Shown here: positions 1-9,590 of the stretch, piece after piece
Position numbering within the stretch: the first letter of the stretch is position 1
Layout: every line of letters starts with the position of its first letter
From: Candidatus Aminicenantales bacterium
GTDB lineage: Bacteria > Acidobacteriota > Aminicenantia > Aminicenantales > UBA4085
Assembly (NCBI GenBank): GCA_049515535.1
Contig: JBEKTZ010000006.1
Location: 124,001 to 188,000, forward strand
DNA: 64,000 nt
Direction: 5' to 3'
The notes under the pieces: model-generated
Databases searched by the model: none
Seen by the model: only the letters and a program-made list of their open reading frames with translations
What the model was told of the DNA's origin: nothing
Made by a program: the position numbers and the translations under genes

Positions 1-3000
1 CGGCGTGCGCGACGGCAGCGGATCGAGCCCCAGGTCCCGCATGAGTTCCTTGCGCTGCGTTTCCCGCCTTCGCTCCAGGTCTTCCTTCGACGCGGGAACG
101 GGCAGCGCGGCCGCGGCTTTCACTTGCCGGTCGAGATAGCGATTGACCATTGACGTGCCGTTCATGTTCTGCGACGAGAGGATGTCGTCGTCGTCCACGC
201 GGCCCGCGATCGGCCGGGCCGCTTTCGTCCCCTGCGTCCGGCCGATCACCTCGCCCAGCGTCAGGAACGGAATGTCGCGCGCGTTCATGAAATCGATGAC
301 GACCGACGAGGCGAATTGAGCGCCTTCGGTCCCGGCGTCGATGACCACCACGGGCTTTTTGCGGCCACCCGACTCCAAAATCTTGGCCAGCGCCTCGGCG
401 CAGGCCGGAATGTGCAGGCGCTCGAGCAGCCGGGCGTTGATCAAGACGATCCGGCCCTTGCCCCAACGCGTTGTCGCCATTCCGCCGTTGCCCGGCACGG
501 TCCAACCCGCGCTCTTGACGAACCGCTGGCGCAGGATGTCCTCATCCTTGATCTTTTTCAAGCCGAGCATGCCCGCCGAGTCGAAAACTTTGTCCCGGCT
601 GTTCTCGACGCCGAGCGGCTTGGGCAGCCAGTCGAGCGCGTAACGGCCCGCGGCATAGGTCTGGGCCAGGACGACCAGCGTCATCCCGCGCTCGACGGCG
701 TCGAGGATTTTGCGCTCGGTCGGAACGTTGAACGACCGGCTGAAATTCCAGGCCCGCGACGAAATGAGGAGAAGCCCGTGATCCTTCGACGACAGGACGG
801 CCGGGTCGAGATAGGCCAGAGCTTCTTCGCTCGAATAGAGAAGAGGAGTCGAACCGACCTGCGAGGAAACGACGAGATACGGCGCGTCGGCCTCCCATCC
901 CGGCACGCGCCGGACGCGGCCGTCGAGCTCGAGTTCGGCGGCGACCGAATGGCCCCACGGCTCGCGTTTGAATTCGTATTCGAACTTGTCTCCGCGTTTG
1001 ATCATCGGCGCTTTATGGAAGAAGGCGCTGCTCGGCAGTGGCTTGACGAGCGCCCAGGCGCGCGCGATCCCCGCGGCCGGCAGCGAAATCTTCGCCGTCT
1101 CCACGCCGATCTCGAGGGCGAGCGCCGGAGGGTTCGCGCCCTTCGCCGCGGGCGTTATGGGATCAGGCGCGGCCGCCGCGATCTTGGCCAGCCGATCGGC
1201 CTCGGCCTTGATCTTCGGCAGTTCCTGCGCCCAATGATAGGCATTGGTCCGCATGCGCAACCGCTCGGTGAACGGCTTGTAATAGGAGTTCGCGGCAAGT
1301 CGGCTCCATTCTTTTTCGGCTTCCAGCATATGGAACGTCGCTTTCGCCGAGGCGTCCACGGTTCCCGCCTGCGCTTGCCCCGCCCGATACGCCGACATGA
1401 ACCGCTCGGCGTAATAGCGGCCCAAATGGGCCGCCTGTCCGCAGGCCGCGATCAATTCCTTGAGTCGCTTTTGCTCGCCGGCCGGCGCGCTTGTCAGCGG
1501 GATATCCGCCGCTTTCGCCGCCGTCGCCGCGTCGGCCTCGAGCGCCGCCGCCGTTTCGCGCGGAGAGATCCGCCCGTCCGAGGCCTTTGTCGCGCCGTCC
1601 GCCAAATCCTCTTTGATCGACTTGAAAACATGCGAGTCGAACGGCTCGGCCGCTAAATACCCCGCCGTGTCCCCGCCCCATTCGAGCTCGATCGCGTGAT
1701 TGCGGTGGTCGGGCCCGAGCGAGAATGCCGAGAACGCGGTCGAGACGATCCGGCTCGCCGCCGTCCACGACTCGATCAGCGGCGTCGCGGACTTGCCCAA
1801 TTTATCCGCGACCATCGCCTCGAACAGCTCGTCGGGCGTCGCCGGGTCATAGCCGAGGCGGCCCCAGAGATTCAGATACATCCAGTCCCGCTCGTGAAGC
1901 CAGTCGCAATAAGCGTCGCCCGGATCGGCGAGATAATATTTCTGCGTCTTTGGATAATACGTGTCCAGGCCCTCGACAACGAAGCCGCTGGCCGTGCCGA
2001 GCGGCATGGATTTGACCGCCCGCCGCACCCCGTCGGGGTTGTAGACCGGCAGGATGCGGTGCGTGCCGTTCGTCCGCACTTGCCAGACGAGCTTGTACGG
2101 TTCGGACGGCCAGTTCCCGCCGCCGGGAGCCGGATTTCCCGGCCATAGCTTCGCGGCGTCGGCCGCCTGCGAATCGCTCAGATAATCTTCGAAGGAATAG
2201 CTGTACCAGCCGGCCATCCGGCCGCCCATCAGCATATAAGGCGCGCCCCAGTGCTCGCCGTTGTATTTGATCTCGACGGTGAAGTCTCCGGACGCCTTAG
2301 CCAGAGGCACGACCCGCGATTTGCGGGCGAGCCAGCTTCTCGTCACGAGCGGAATGTCGCGGCCAGACGCCTTGACCGCCTCGATGTAGCTATGGAAAAA
2401 CGCTTCGCCGTGTCCGCTCTCTCCGATCCTGAAACCGATCGCGTCGAGCTCGGGAACCCGGCGGATCATTTTCTCCACGACCTCGCGCGTATAGGCATAG
2501 AGGTCGGCCTCGTTTTCGGGGTAGGGAGCGGGAGCGTGAGGCGTTCTGAAGCGTGCCTCGTACGCCATCAGGCTCACCCGAACGCCCCGGGCGTGGGCCA
2601 TGGCGATGATCTTGCGGAGCCGGGCCAGGTTGGCCGCCTTGATCTCGGGCGCGACCCCGACCTTGGGATATTTCTCGCTCTGGATGAAGTAAGCGTAGAG
2701 ATTGGGCGCGTCGGTCACGCTGATGTCCCACGTCCCGTGGATGTCCACCCAATTGAGCCGGGCCTGGGCCATCTGATCGAAGAACGTCCGCCAGAATCCG
2801 TCGTTGGCGAACCACCAGTGCCTGGGATCGACGAGTGCGCGCGGGTCATAATCCGTGTTCGCGGCCGCGTCGTTCCAGGGGAGGGTCAGGAAGAGGTTCC
2901 AGCCGCGGTCTCGAAGGAACGGCCGGCCCGCGATGGACGCGCCGGCGAGCGCCTCGGCTCCGCGACGCCGGATTCTCTCGGCGAGCTCGAGCGCGCCGTA

Positions 3001-3252
3001 GAGCGCGCCGTTCGCGTCCGCGCCGTGAATAGACGCGCCGCCGTCCTTGAACGTAATATCGTAGCTTTCGGGAAGTCCCGAGCCCGTTGTCGAGATATCG
3101 ATGGGCGCTTTCAATCCGCGAGCGGCCAGCGCTTCCCGCAGCGCCCGATGGCCGAACGCGACGGGATTATCGGCTTGAACTTGCTCCATCGCCGTCGCCC
3201 CGCAAATTCCGGCGAAAAATAAAAAAGCGGATAGCTTTTTCAAGTTTGACAT
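1..3252 (-). CDS. Large secreted protein (partial, runs off window start): glycoside-hydrolase-like N-terminal and TIM-barrel regions, then the start of a probable alpha/beta-hydrolase (acetyl-xylan-esterase-like) domain
   Basis: Missing from the ORF track because there is no stop in the window. Manual translation from ATG 3252: MSNLKKLSAFLFFAGICGATA (signal peptide)...PESYDITFKDGGASIHGADANGALYGALELAE...PFLRDRG (hexosaminidase/GH67-type domain 2)...RKELMRDLGLDPLPSRTP at the window edge. Confidence 0.75.
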   Translation of the reverse strand, partial: MSNLKKLSAFLFFAGICGATAMEQVQADNPVAFGHRALREALAARGLKAPIDISTTGSGLPESYDITFKDGGASIHGADANGALYGALELAERIRRRGAEALAGASIAGRPFLRDRGWNLFLTLPWNDAAANTDYDPRALVDPRHWWFANDGFWRTFFDQMAQARLNWVDIHGTWDISVTDAPNLYAYFIQSEKYPKVGVAPEIKAANLARLRKIIAMAHARGVRVSLMAYEARFRTPHAPAPYPENEADLYAYTREVVEKMIRRVPELDAIGFRIGESGHGEAFFHSYIEAVKASGRDIPLVTRSWLARKSRVVPLAKASGDFTVEIKYNGEHWGAPYMLMGGRMAGWYSYSFEDYLSDSQAADAAKLWPGNPAPGGGNWPSEPYKLVWQVRTNGTHRILPVYNPDGVRRAVKSMPLGTASGFVVEGLDTYYPKTQKYYLADPGDAYCDWLHERDWMYLNLWGRLGYDPATPDELFEAMVADKLGKSATPLIESWTAASRIVSTAFSAFSLGPDHRNHAIELEWGGDTAGYLAAEPFDSHVFKSIKEDLADGATKASDGRISPRETAAALEADAATAAKAADIPLTSAPAGEQKRLKELIAACGQAAHLGRYYAERFMSAYRAGQAQAGTVDASAKATFHMLEAEKEWSRLAANSYYKPFTERLRMRTNAYHWAQELPKIKAEADRLAKIAAAAPDPITPAAKGANPPALALEIGVETAKISLPAAGIARAWALVKPLPSSAFFHKAPMIKRGDKFEYEFKREPWGHSVAAELELDGRVRRVPGWEADAPYLVVSSQVGSTPLLYSSEEALAYLDPAVLSSKDHGLLLISSRAWNFSRSFNVPTERKILDAVERGMTLVVLAQTYAAGRYALDWLPKPLGVENSRDKVFDSAGMLGLKKIKDEDILRQRFVKSAGWTVPGNGGMATTRWGKGRIVLINARLLERLHIPACAEALAKILESGGRKKPVVVIDAGTEGAQFASSVVIDFMNARDIPFLTLGEVIGRTQGTKAARPIAGRVDDDDILSSQNMNGTSMVNRYLDRQVKAAAALPVPASKEDLERRRETQRKELMRDLGLDPLPSRTP

Positions 3253-3432
3253 GAGCTCATTTCCTCCCCGTCTGATGGAATCGAGAAAAGCGTCCCCGTT
3301 CGTTCATGTCTGTTGATTTTACCATCTTTTCTCGGCAATCTCTTGGCAAATTCTTGGCCGATCTTTGACGAAGCATTTCTTTCCCAGGGCGAAAGACGGG
3401 CGAAAGTCGTCATACCGTTGCCCCCCTCGACA

Positions 3433-3441
3433 TGATATAAT
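3433..3441 (+). promoter_or_regulatory. Extended -10 promoter (TGaTATAAT) for the ABC operon
   Basis: TGATATAAT followed by SD GAGGAGG and ATG 3464. Confidence 0.55.
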
Positions 3442-3463
3442 TGCGCGCATCGAGGAGGTTCGC

Positions 3464-4186
3464 ATGAGCACAGTGCTTCGCGTTGAAAATCTGAGAAAAA
3501 GATACGGGAGTTTGGAAGCCGTCAAAGGCGTCAGTTTCCAGGTGGACGAGGGCGAGATCTTCGCCTTGATCGGCCCGAACGGCGCCGGCAAGACGACGAC
3601 GCTCCGGGTCGTCGCCACGTTGCTGTCGCTGTCCGGCGGGGAGGTCACGCTGGCCGGACATGACCTGAGGAAACACCCGGAAAAAATCAGGGAAAATATC
3701 AGCTACCTTCCCGAGGAGGCCGGCGCTTACAAAAACCTCAAGGGGCTGGAATACCTCAAATTCATGGCCAAATTCTACGCCGACACGCCGGGACAGGCCG
3801 AGGAAATCGTGAAACGTGCCGAAGGGATCGCCGACCTGGGCAGCCGTCTCGGGGAAAAAGTGGGAACTTACAGCAAGGGGATGGTCCGGAAGCTCCTTTT
3901 GGCCCGGGCGCTGATGACGAAACCCGCCCTGGCTATCCTGGACGAACCCACGTCGGGCCTGGACGTGATCAACTCCCTGGAAGTGAGGGAGATCATTAAA
4001 AAATACGCCCGCGAAGGAATCTCGGTGCTCCTCTCCTCGCATAACATGCTGGAGATCGAGTTCCTCTCCGACCGGGTGGCCCTGATCGATCAGGGCCTGA
4101 TCCTCGACGCGGGAACGCCGCAATCCTTGAAGGAAAAGTACCAGGCCGGAAACCTCGAAGTCGTTTTCAGGAGCGCCCTCCGATGA
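3464..4186 (+). CDS. ABC transporter ATP-binding protein (NatA-like)
   Basis: Walker A GPNGAGKTT, signature YSKGM, Walker B ILDEPT, H-loop SSH; GAGGAGG before ATG 3464. Confidence 0.92.
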   Translation: MSTVLRVENLRKRYGSLEAVKGVSFQVDEGEIFALIGPNGAGKTTTLRVVATLLSLSGGEVTLAGHDLRKHPEKIRENISYLPEEAGAYKNLKGLEYLKFMAKFYADTPGQAEEIVKRAEGIADLGSRLGEKVGTYSKGMVRKLLLARALMTKPALAILDEPTSGLDVINSLEVREIIKKYAREGISVLLSSHNMLEIEFLSDRVALIDQGLILDAGTPQSLKEKYQAGNLEVVFRSALR

Positions 4187-5466
4187 AAAAATTCAACAAT
4201 CTTCTGATCAAGGAAATCCGGGAATTGGTCACGCGCCAATTGATCATCTCGCTCGTCATGACCATGGCCCTTTTTTATTTCATAGGGAATCTGGCTAAAA
4301 GTGAAACCAAGCGGGCCGTCGCGATGCAAAAGATCGCCGTGCTCGACTTGGACAGGTCAGAGATGTCCGGCGGACTCCTGAGCAACCTCAAGGCCGTGAA
4401 TTTCAAGATCGATGAGGTCCGCGGGACCGATAAGAATTTGGCTGTCAAGGCGGCCAAAGCCGGCGATACGAGCCTGCTGCTCGTGATCCCGGCGGGATTC
4501 GGGGAATCGGTTTCCAGGTTCGAGACGAAGGAGATCGAAACCTATTCCTTTCTCCGGAGCTTCTCCATCACCGGGGCGAGGAATTCCTCCATCGTTCAGG
4601 CCGTCGTTTCGGCAGTCAACAGCTATCTCTCGGCCGATTTCCTCAAGAAAAAGCTCCCGGACTTCAATCCCGACAATGTCAAGAATCCCATCAAGAGCCG
4701 GGATTTTATCCTGGTCAATGATCGGATGGCCGAAGGATCGGCCGCGGCCGTCTCCGCGTTCGTTTCCATGCAATCGATTTTTGTCCCGGTCATCCTGATG
4801 ATGATCATCATCTATTCCTCGCAAATGGTCATTTCGGCCATCGCCATGGAGAAACAGAATAAGACCCTGGAAACGCTCTTGACCGTGCCCATCCGGCGGA
4901 CATCCATCGTCACGGCGAAAATGCTTTCCGCGGGCATCGTCGGCCTGTTATCGGCCGCGATCTACATGCTCGGCTTCAAATCCTACTTGAGCGGGATGAC
5001 GGGCGGAGCGACCGCCCCTTCCGCGGTCCAGGGCGTCATCCAGAAGCTCGGCCTGTCCATGACAACCGGCGGGTACGCCGTCCTGGGCGTTTCCCTCTTC
5101 TTCGCCATTCTCTGCGCCCTGGCCCTGGCCATGCTTCTCGGCGTCATGGCCGAGGATTTCCGGAGCGCCCAGATGCTGATCATGCCTATCGTTTTCCTGG
5201 TCATGATCCCGTATATCATTTCTTTTATCGCTGATTTCCGGACGCTCTCCCTGCCCGTCAAAATCCTGGTCTGGGTGATTCCGTTCTCCCATCCGTTCCT
5301 GGCCACGCAGAGCATCATCCTTCAAAACACCGGCGGGATCGTCCTGGGAATCCTGTATATGTTCGTCTTTTTCGCCGTGCTCGTTGTGCTCGCCGCCCGG
5401 ATTTTCTCCACGGACAAGGTCCTGACGATGAAGCTCAGATGGGGGAAAAAGAAACGGGTGGCATGA
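4183..5466 (+). CDS. ABC-2 family permease (NatB-like)
   Basis: N-terminal TM, extracytoplasmic domain, multiple TMs, EKQNKTLETLLTVP motif; ATGA overlap with the ATPase gene. Confidence 0.9.
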   Translation: MKKFNNLLIKEIRELVTRQLIISLVMTMALFYFIGNLAKSETKRAVAMQKIAVLDLDRSEMSGGLLSNLKAVNFKIDEVRGTDKNLAVKAAKAGDTSLLLVIPAGFGESVSRFETKEIETYSFLRSFSITGARNSSIVQAVVSAVNSYLSADFLKKKLPDFNPDNVKNPIKSRDFILVNDRMAEGSAAAVSAFVSMQSIFVPVILMMIIIYSSQMVISAIAMEKQNKTLETLLTVPIRRTSIVTAKMLSAGIVGLLSAAIYMLGFKSYLSGMTGGATAPSAVQGVIQKLGLSMTTGGYAVLGVSLFFAILCALALAMLLGVMAEDFRSAQMLIMPIVFLVMIPYIISFIADFRTLSLPVKILVWVIPFSHPFLATQSIILQNTGGIVLGILYMFVFFAVLVVLAARIFSTDKVLTMKLRWGKKKRVA

Positions 5467-5575
5467 GAATCGCGGGCGGATAAAAGCGATGCCGGCAGTC
5501 GCCGGCCCAGAAAATTTCATTTTTTTCAATTTTCTCTCCTTTCTATCGACTCACTAATTGGAGGGAGGATCCCTC

Positions 5576-6019
5576 GTGAAAAAATCATCTATTTCGAGGT
5601 CGACTAAACCCGTCCGTTCGACGGCGAAGCCCAAGGGCGCGCTCAAAATAGAAAAATCGAACGTCGCGATCGAAGAGCGGCGTCAAAGGAAAAAAAGGCG
5701 AAAAGAAGAGGCAAAAAAGCTCTATCTATATAAAGTCGATGTCGACGGAGGCGGTCGGCTGTCGGTCGTGGACGTCCGATTGGACCGGGGCATCGTCGAT
5801 CTCATCAGCAACGACGGCAGGAAATGGAAGGGCGCGAAAACCCTGCTGGCGGGGGATAAGGTCTATGTTCAATTCGAATGCGTCGCGCCAAACGGAACGG
5901 GCTGGCATATCGTCGTGACCAATGAAACGGAAAATAAAAAAATCGCGGAAAAAAGAGGGATGACGGGCGATTCCACGCCGAATTATTCGGAATTTGAAAA
6001 TACCGTCAACTCAGAATAG
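5576..6019 (+). CDS. Hypothetical protein, Lys/Arg-rich N-terminus and beta-rich C-terminal domain
   Basis: Strong SD GGAGGGAGG before GTG 5576; no recognised family. Confidence 0.65.
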   Translation: MKKSSISRSTKPVRSTAKPKGALKIEKSNVAIEERRQRKKRRKEEAKKLYLYKVDVDGGGRLSVVDVRLDRGIVDLISNDGRKWKGAKTLLAGDKVYVQFECVAPNGTGWHIVVTNETENKKIAEKRGMTGDSTPNYSEFENTVNSE

Positions 6020-6041
6020 AGAGTTTTTCTTTTTCTTCCGA

Positions 6042-6091
6042 GGAGCGGCCCTTCCCCAGGGCCGCTCCCAGCCCTTTCCGCTCGGGAAAGG
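6042..6091 (+). terminator. Tandem GC hairpins after the hypothetical gene (possible terminator)
   Basis: GGAGCGGCCCT/AGGGCCGCTCC (6042-6068) and CCTTTCC/GGAAAGG (6073-6091); no clear downstream U-tract. Confidence 0.35.
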
Positions 6092-6195
6092 ATTGACAGA
6101 GCTTCTCTCCTTAATATACATTTCGTCATGTCGCCGGATGCCGTCCAAAATGAATCGAGAGAATCATCCTTCCTGATGCGAAAAGGAGATCTCCA

Positions 6196-6263
6196 CGGCG
6201 GACGGGGCCCCGGGCTTTGCCCGGGGGTTCATTTCCGCCGCGAAGGCTTGTCCCTTGATTCAT
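6196..6263. repeat. Palindromic repeat family A, copy 1 (central hairpin deleted)
   Basis: CGGCGGA-CGGGGCCCCGGGCTTTGCCCGGGGGTTCATT-TCCGCCG then CGAAGGCTTGTCCCTTGATTCAT; matches copies at 43.7 and 56.0 kb. Confidence 0.85.
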
Positions 6264-6315
6264 GGCGGATCGTGCGCATGGACCGCGGATCGTTTCCCCG
6301 GCGGCAGGAGGACCC

Positions 6316-9300
6316 ATGGTGAATTCACGAACCAAGCTCTTGGCGATCGTTTTAACGCTTCTCGTCGTCATCGTCGCTTCGACGATGGCGGTACTGGCCC
6401 AGCCCTTCGACTCGAAATCTTTCGCCGGCATGCGCTGGCGCATGATCGGGCCTTTGCGAGCGGGCCGGACGCGGGCCGTCGCCGGCGTCCCCAGCCAGCC
6501 CAGCGTTTTTTACATCGGCGTGTGCAACGGCGGCGTTTGGAAGACGAACGACTACGGCCGGACCTGGAACCCGATCTTCGACAATCAGCCGACTGGCTCG
6601 ATCGGCGCGGTCGCCGTGGCGCCCTCCAATCCGGAAATCATCTATGTCGGGTGCGGCGAGGGCCTGCAGCGACCCGATCTCTCGACAGGCGACGGCATCT
6701 ATAAATCGATTGACGCCGGCCGGACCTGGACGCACCTCGGACTGCGCGACGGCCAACAGATTCCCCAGATCATCATCGATCCGCGAAACCCCGACCGGCT
6801 TTTTGTCGCCGTGCTCGGCCATCCCTATGGTCCCAACGAGGAACGCGGCATCTTCCGTTCGACCGACGGCGGGCAGACGTTCCAGAAACTTCTCTATAAA
6901 GACGAGAACACCGGCGGTTCGGAGCTCGCCTTCGATCCTTCGAACCCGGATATCGTCTATGCGGGTCTCTGGGAATCCCGTCAGGGGCCCTGGGAGAACG
7001 CGGCGTGGAGCGGCACCGGGGGCGGTATTTACAAATCGACGGACGGCGGCGCGACCTGGCGTCAGCTCTCGAACGGGCTGACAACCGGGACGGACGGCGT
7101 CGTCCAGGCCAACCTGGCCGTCGCGCCGAGCGACGCGCGCCGGGTATACGCCGCGATCGCCTTGGGGCGCGGAACGGGCATCTATCGTTCGGATGACGCG
7201 GGCGAAAGCTGGGTTCGCATCACGACCGACGGCCGCCCTGCGGGCCGCATCGGAGGCGGCGATCTCCCCAGACTGGCGGTCCACCCGAAGAACCCCGATA
7301 TCGTCATCGCGGTCAGCATCGTGACGTATAAATCCGTGGACGGCGGCAAGACATGGACGGGCATCCGTGGCGCTCCGGGCGGCGACGATTACCAGAATGT
7401 GTGGATCAACCCGAACAATCCCGACATCATTTTGCTCGCCAGCGATCAGGGCGCCATCATCACCGTCAACGGGGGCCAGACGTGGAGCTCGTGGTACAAC
7501 CAACCTACGGCCCAGCTGTATCACGTCGCGGCCGACAACGCCTTTCCCTACAGCGTCTATAGCGGTCAGCAGGAGAGCGGATCCGTCGGGATCGCCAGCC
7601 GCGGTATCGACGGCCAGATCACGGCCCGCGAATGGCATCCGGTGGGCGTGGACGAATACGGATATGCCGCGCCGGACCCCCTCGATCCGAATATCATTTA
7701 CGGCGGCCGGAGCGTGACGCGCTATGATCGCCGGACAGGCCAAACGCAGAACGTCGGGCCGAAGCCGGTCCGCTCCCCGGACATGAGGACCGTCCGAACC
7801 CAGCCGGTCCTCTTTTCGCCGGTCGATCCCCACATCTTGTACAGCGCGGCGAATATGCTGTGGAAGACCGATAACGGCGGCCAGAACTGGCAGCAAATCA
7901 GCCCCGACCTGACCCGTAAGACATGGGACGTGCCGGCGAATATCGGCAAGTACCGGGACACGGATGCGGCCAAGCCGGCCCAACGGGGCGTCATCTACAC
8001 GATCGCGCCCTCTTATAGCGACGCCAACCGCATCTGGGTCGGCACCGACGACGGCCTGATCCAGATGACGGCGGACGGCGGGCTCCATTGGACCGACGTG
8101 ACGCCCTCGCAGCTCGTCCCGTGGGCCAAAGTCTCGATTATGGACGCTGGGCGCTTCGACGTCCAGACGGCCTACGCGGCGGTCAACACGATCCGCCTCG
8201 ATGACATGCGCCCTCACATCTACCGGACGCATGACGGCGGCAAAACCTGGACGCCCATCACCGCCGGAATTCCCGACGGCGCGCCCGTCAACGTCGTCCG
8301 CGAAGATCCGAAGCGCAAGGGACTGCTGTTCGCCGGAACGGAGCGCGAGATCTATGTCTCTTTCGACGACGGCGATCATTGGCAATCGCTCCGGCTGAAC
8401 ATGCCGGCGACGTCGATGCGCGATCTCATCGTCAAGGATGACGACGTGGTGGTCGCGACCCACGGGCGGGGATTCTGGATCCTCGACGACATCACGCCGC
8501 TGCGTCAGCTCAGCCCAGATGTCGTCGCGGTCGAGGCCGTCCTGTTCGCTCCTCAGGTCGCGGTGCGCGTGCGCTGGAATACGAACTCAGACACGCCGAT
8601 CCCGCCCGATGAGCCGCGGGGAGAGAACCCTCCCGACGGCGCCGTCATCGATTATATGTTGAAATCCGAGGCGGTGGGGCCTGTGGTTCTCGAGATCCTG
8701 GACGGCGCGGGCAAGCCCGTCCGGCGCTATTCGAGCGCGGACCCCCTCAATGTCCCGGATCCGGCGACGGCCTCGGTGCCGCTGTACTGGTACCGGCCCC
8801 CGCAGGTCCTTTCGACGGCTTCGGGCATGCATCGTTTCATGTGGGACATGCATTATCAACCTCTGGGCGGGGCGGGCGGTCGCGGCGGGCTTCCCAGCGC
8901 GGCCGTCCCATACAATACCGTGTCGTCGCCGAATTCGCCCTGGGCGGCGCCGGGGGAATATGTCGTCAGGTTGACGGTCGGCGGCAAAAGCACCACCCAG
9001 CCGTTGACGCTGAAAATGGATCCGCGGGTTAAGACGCCGGCGGCCGGCCTCGCCCAGCAATTCATGTTATCGAAGCAGATGTACGACGGCGTTCTTGACG
9101 TGCAGGCGGCCCTCAAGCAGCTCCGGGCGATCCGCGCCCAGGTCAAGCCGCTCCAGGAGCGGGCCGGCCAGGGCGCCGTGTCACAGGTGCTCGCTGAATT
9201 CGACAAGAAGGCCGCGGCGCTCGAAGGCGGCGGGAGTGCGGGAGGCGGCCAGCGCGGGGGCGGCGGCGGATTCGGCCTGGGCGCCGGAACCGGGCCGGAC

Positions 9301-9519
9301 ACGCTGACGGGCATCGGCGGATCCCTCACCTCGCTGATGAACTTGATGCAGGCCGCCGACGCAGCGCCGACGAGCCAAGTGCTCGCGGCGGTCACGGAGC
9401 GCCGGCAAGCGCTGGCCAACCTGACGGCGAAGTGGATCGCGCTCAAAACGCAGGACCTGACGAATTTGAATGCCCAGCTCAAAGCGGCGAATCTGCCGGC
9501 GATCGAGGTCAAGGACTGA
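6316..9519 (+). CDS. Secreted BNR/Asp-box (VPS10/sortilin-like) beta-propeller glycosyl hydrolase-like protein
   Basis: Signal peptide, WRMIGPLRAGR, many S/T-x-D-x-G-x-T-W repeats, VVATHGRGFWILDD; SD AGGAGG before ATG 6316. Confidence 0.88.
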   Translation: MVNSRTKLLAIVLTLLVVIVASTMAVLAQPFDSKSFAGMRWRMIGPLRAGRTRAVAGVPSQPSVFYIGVCNGGVWKTNDYGRTWNPIFDNQPTGSIGAVAVAPSNPEIIYVGCGEGLQRPDLSTGDGIYKSIDAGRTWTHLGLRDGQQIPQIIIDPRNPDRLFVAVLGHPYGPNEERGIFRSTDGGQTFQKLLYKDENTGGSELAFDPSNPDIVYAGLWESRQGPWENAAWSGTGGGIYKSTDGGATWRQLSNGLTTGTDGVVQANLAVAPSDARRVYAAIALGRGTGIYRSDDAGESWVRITTDGRPAGRIGGGDLPRLAVHPKNPDIVIAVSIVTYKSVDGGKTWTGIRGAPGGDDYQNVWINPNNPDIILLASDQGAIITVNGGQTWSSWYNQPTAQLYHVAADNAFPYSVYSGQQESGSVGIASRGIDGQITAREWHPVGVDEYGYAAPDPLDPNIIYGGRSVTRYDRRTGQTQNVGPKPVRSPDMRTVRTQPVLFSPVDPHILYSAANMLWKTDNGGQNWQQISPDLTRKTWDVPANIGKYRDTDAAKPAQRGVIYTIAPSYSDANRIWVGTDDGLIQMTADGGLHWTDVTPSQLVPWAKVSIMDAGRFDVQTAYAAVNTIRLDDMRPHIYRTHDGGKTWTPITAGIPDGAPVNVVREDPKRKGLLFAGTEREIYVSFDDGDHWQSLRLNMPATSMRDLIVKDDDVVVATHGRGFWILDDITPLRQLSPDVVAVEAVLFAPQVAVRVRWNTNSDTPIPPDEPRGENPPDGAVIDYMLKSEAVGPVVLEILDGAGKPVRRYSSADPLNVPDPATASVPLYWYRPPQVLSTASGMHRFMWDMHYQPLGGAGGRGGLPSAAVPYNTVSSPNSPWAAPGEYVVRLTVGGKSTTQPLTLKMDPRVKTPAAGLAQQFMLSKQMYDGVLDVQAALKQLRAIRAQVKPLQERAGQGAVSQVLAEFDKKAAALEGGGSAGGGQRGGGGGFGLGAGTGPDTLTGIGGSLTSLMNLMQAADAAPTSQVLAAVTERRQALANLTAKWIALKTQDLTNLNAQLKAANLPAIEVKD

Positions 9520-9590
9520 GGCTTTATGTGAGGTCGAGACCTTGAACTTGCGGTTCCGTGGAAGATGAAGCTCGAGATGGGAGGTTTGGA

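Noticed and set aside
316..3222. Long plus-strand ORFs (316-1656, 2251-3222) and many similar antisense ORFs across the window
   Set aside because: They are shadows of real genes on the opposite strand in GC-rich DNA and carry no recognisable motifs.
3385..3412. GGGCGAAAGACGGGCGAAAGTC as a c-di-GMP-I riboswitch
   Set aside because: It lacks the GGCAAAC...GACGCAAAGC core and second stem, and lies upstream of the predicted -10.
9520..9590. Purine riboswitch before the NCS2 permease
   Set aside because: No purine aptamer consensus (TATAAT..GATATGG..TTTCTAC..CCGTAAA), and the gap is too short.
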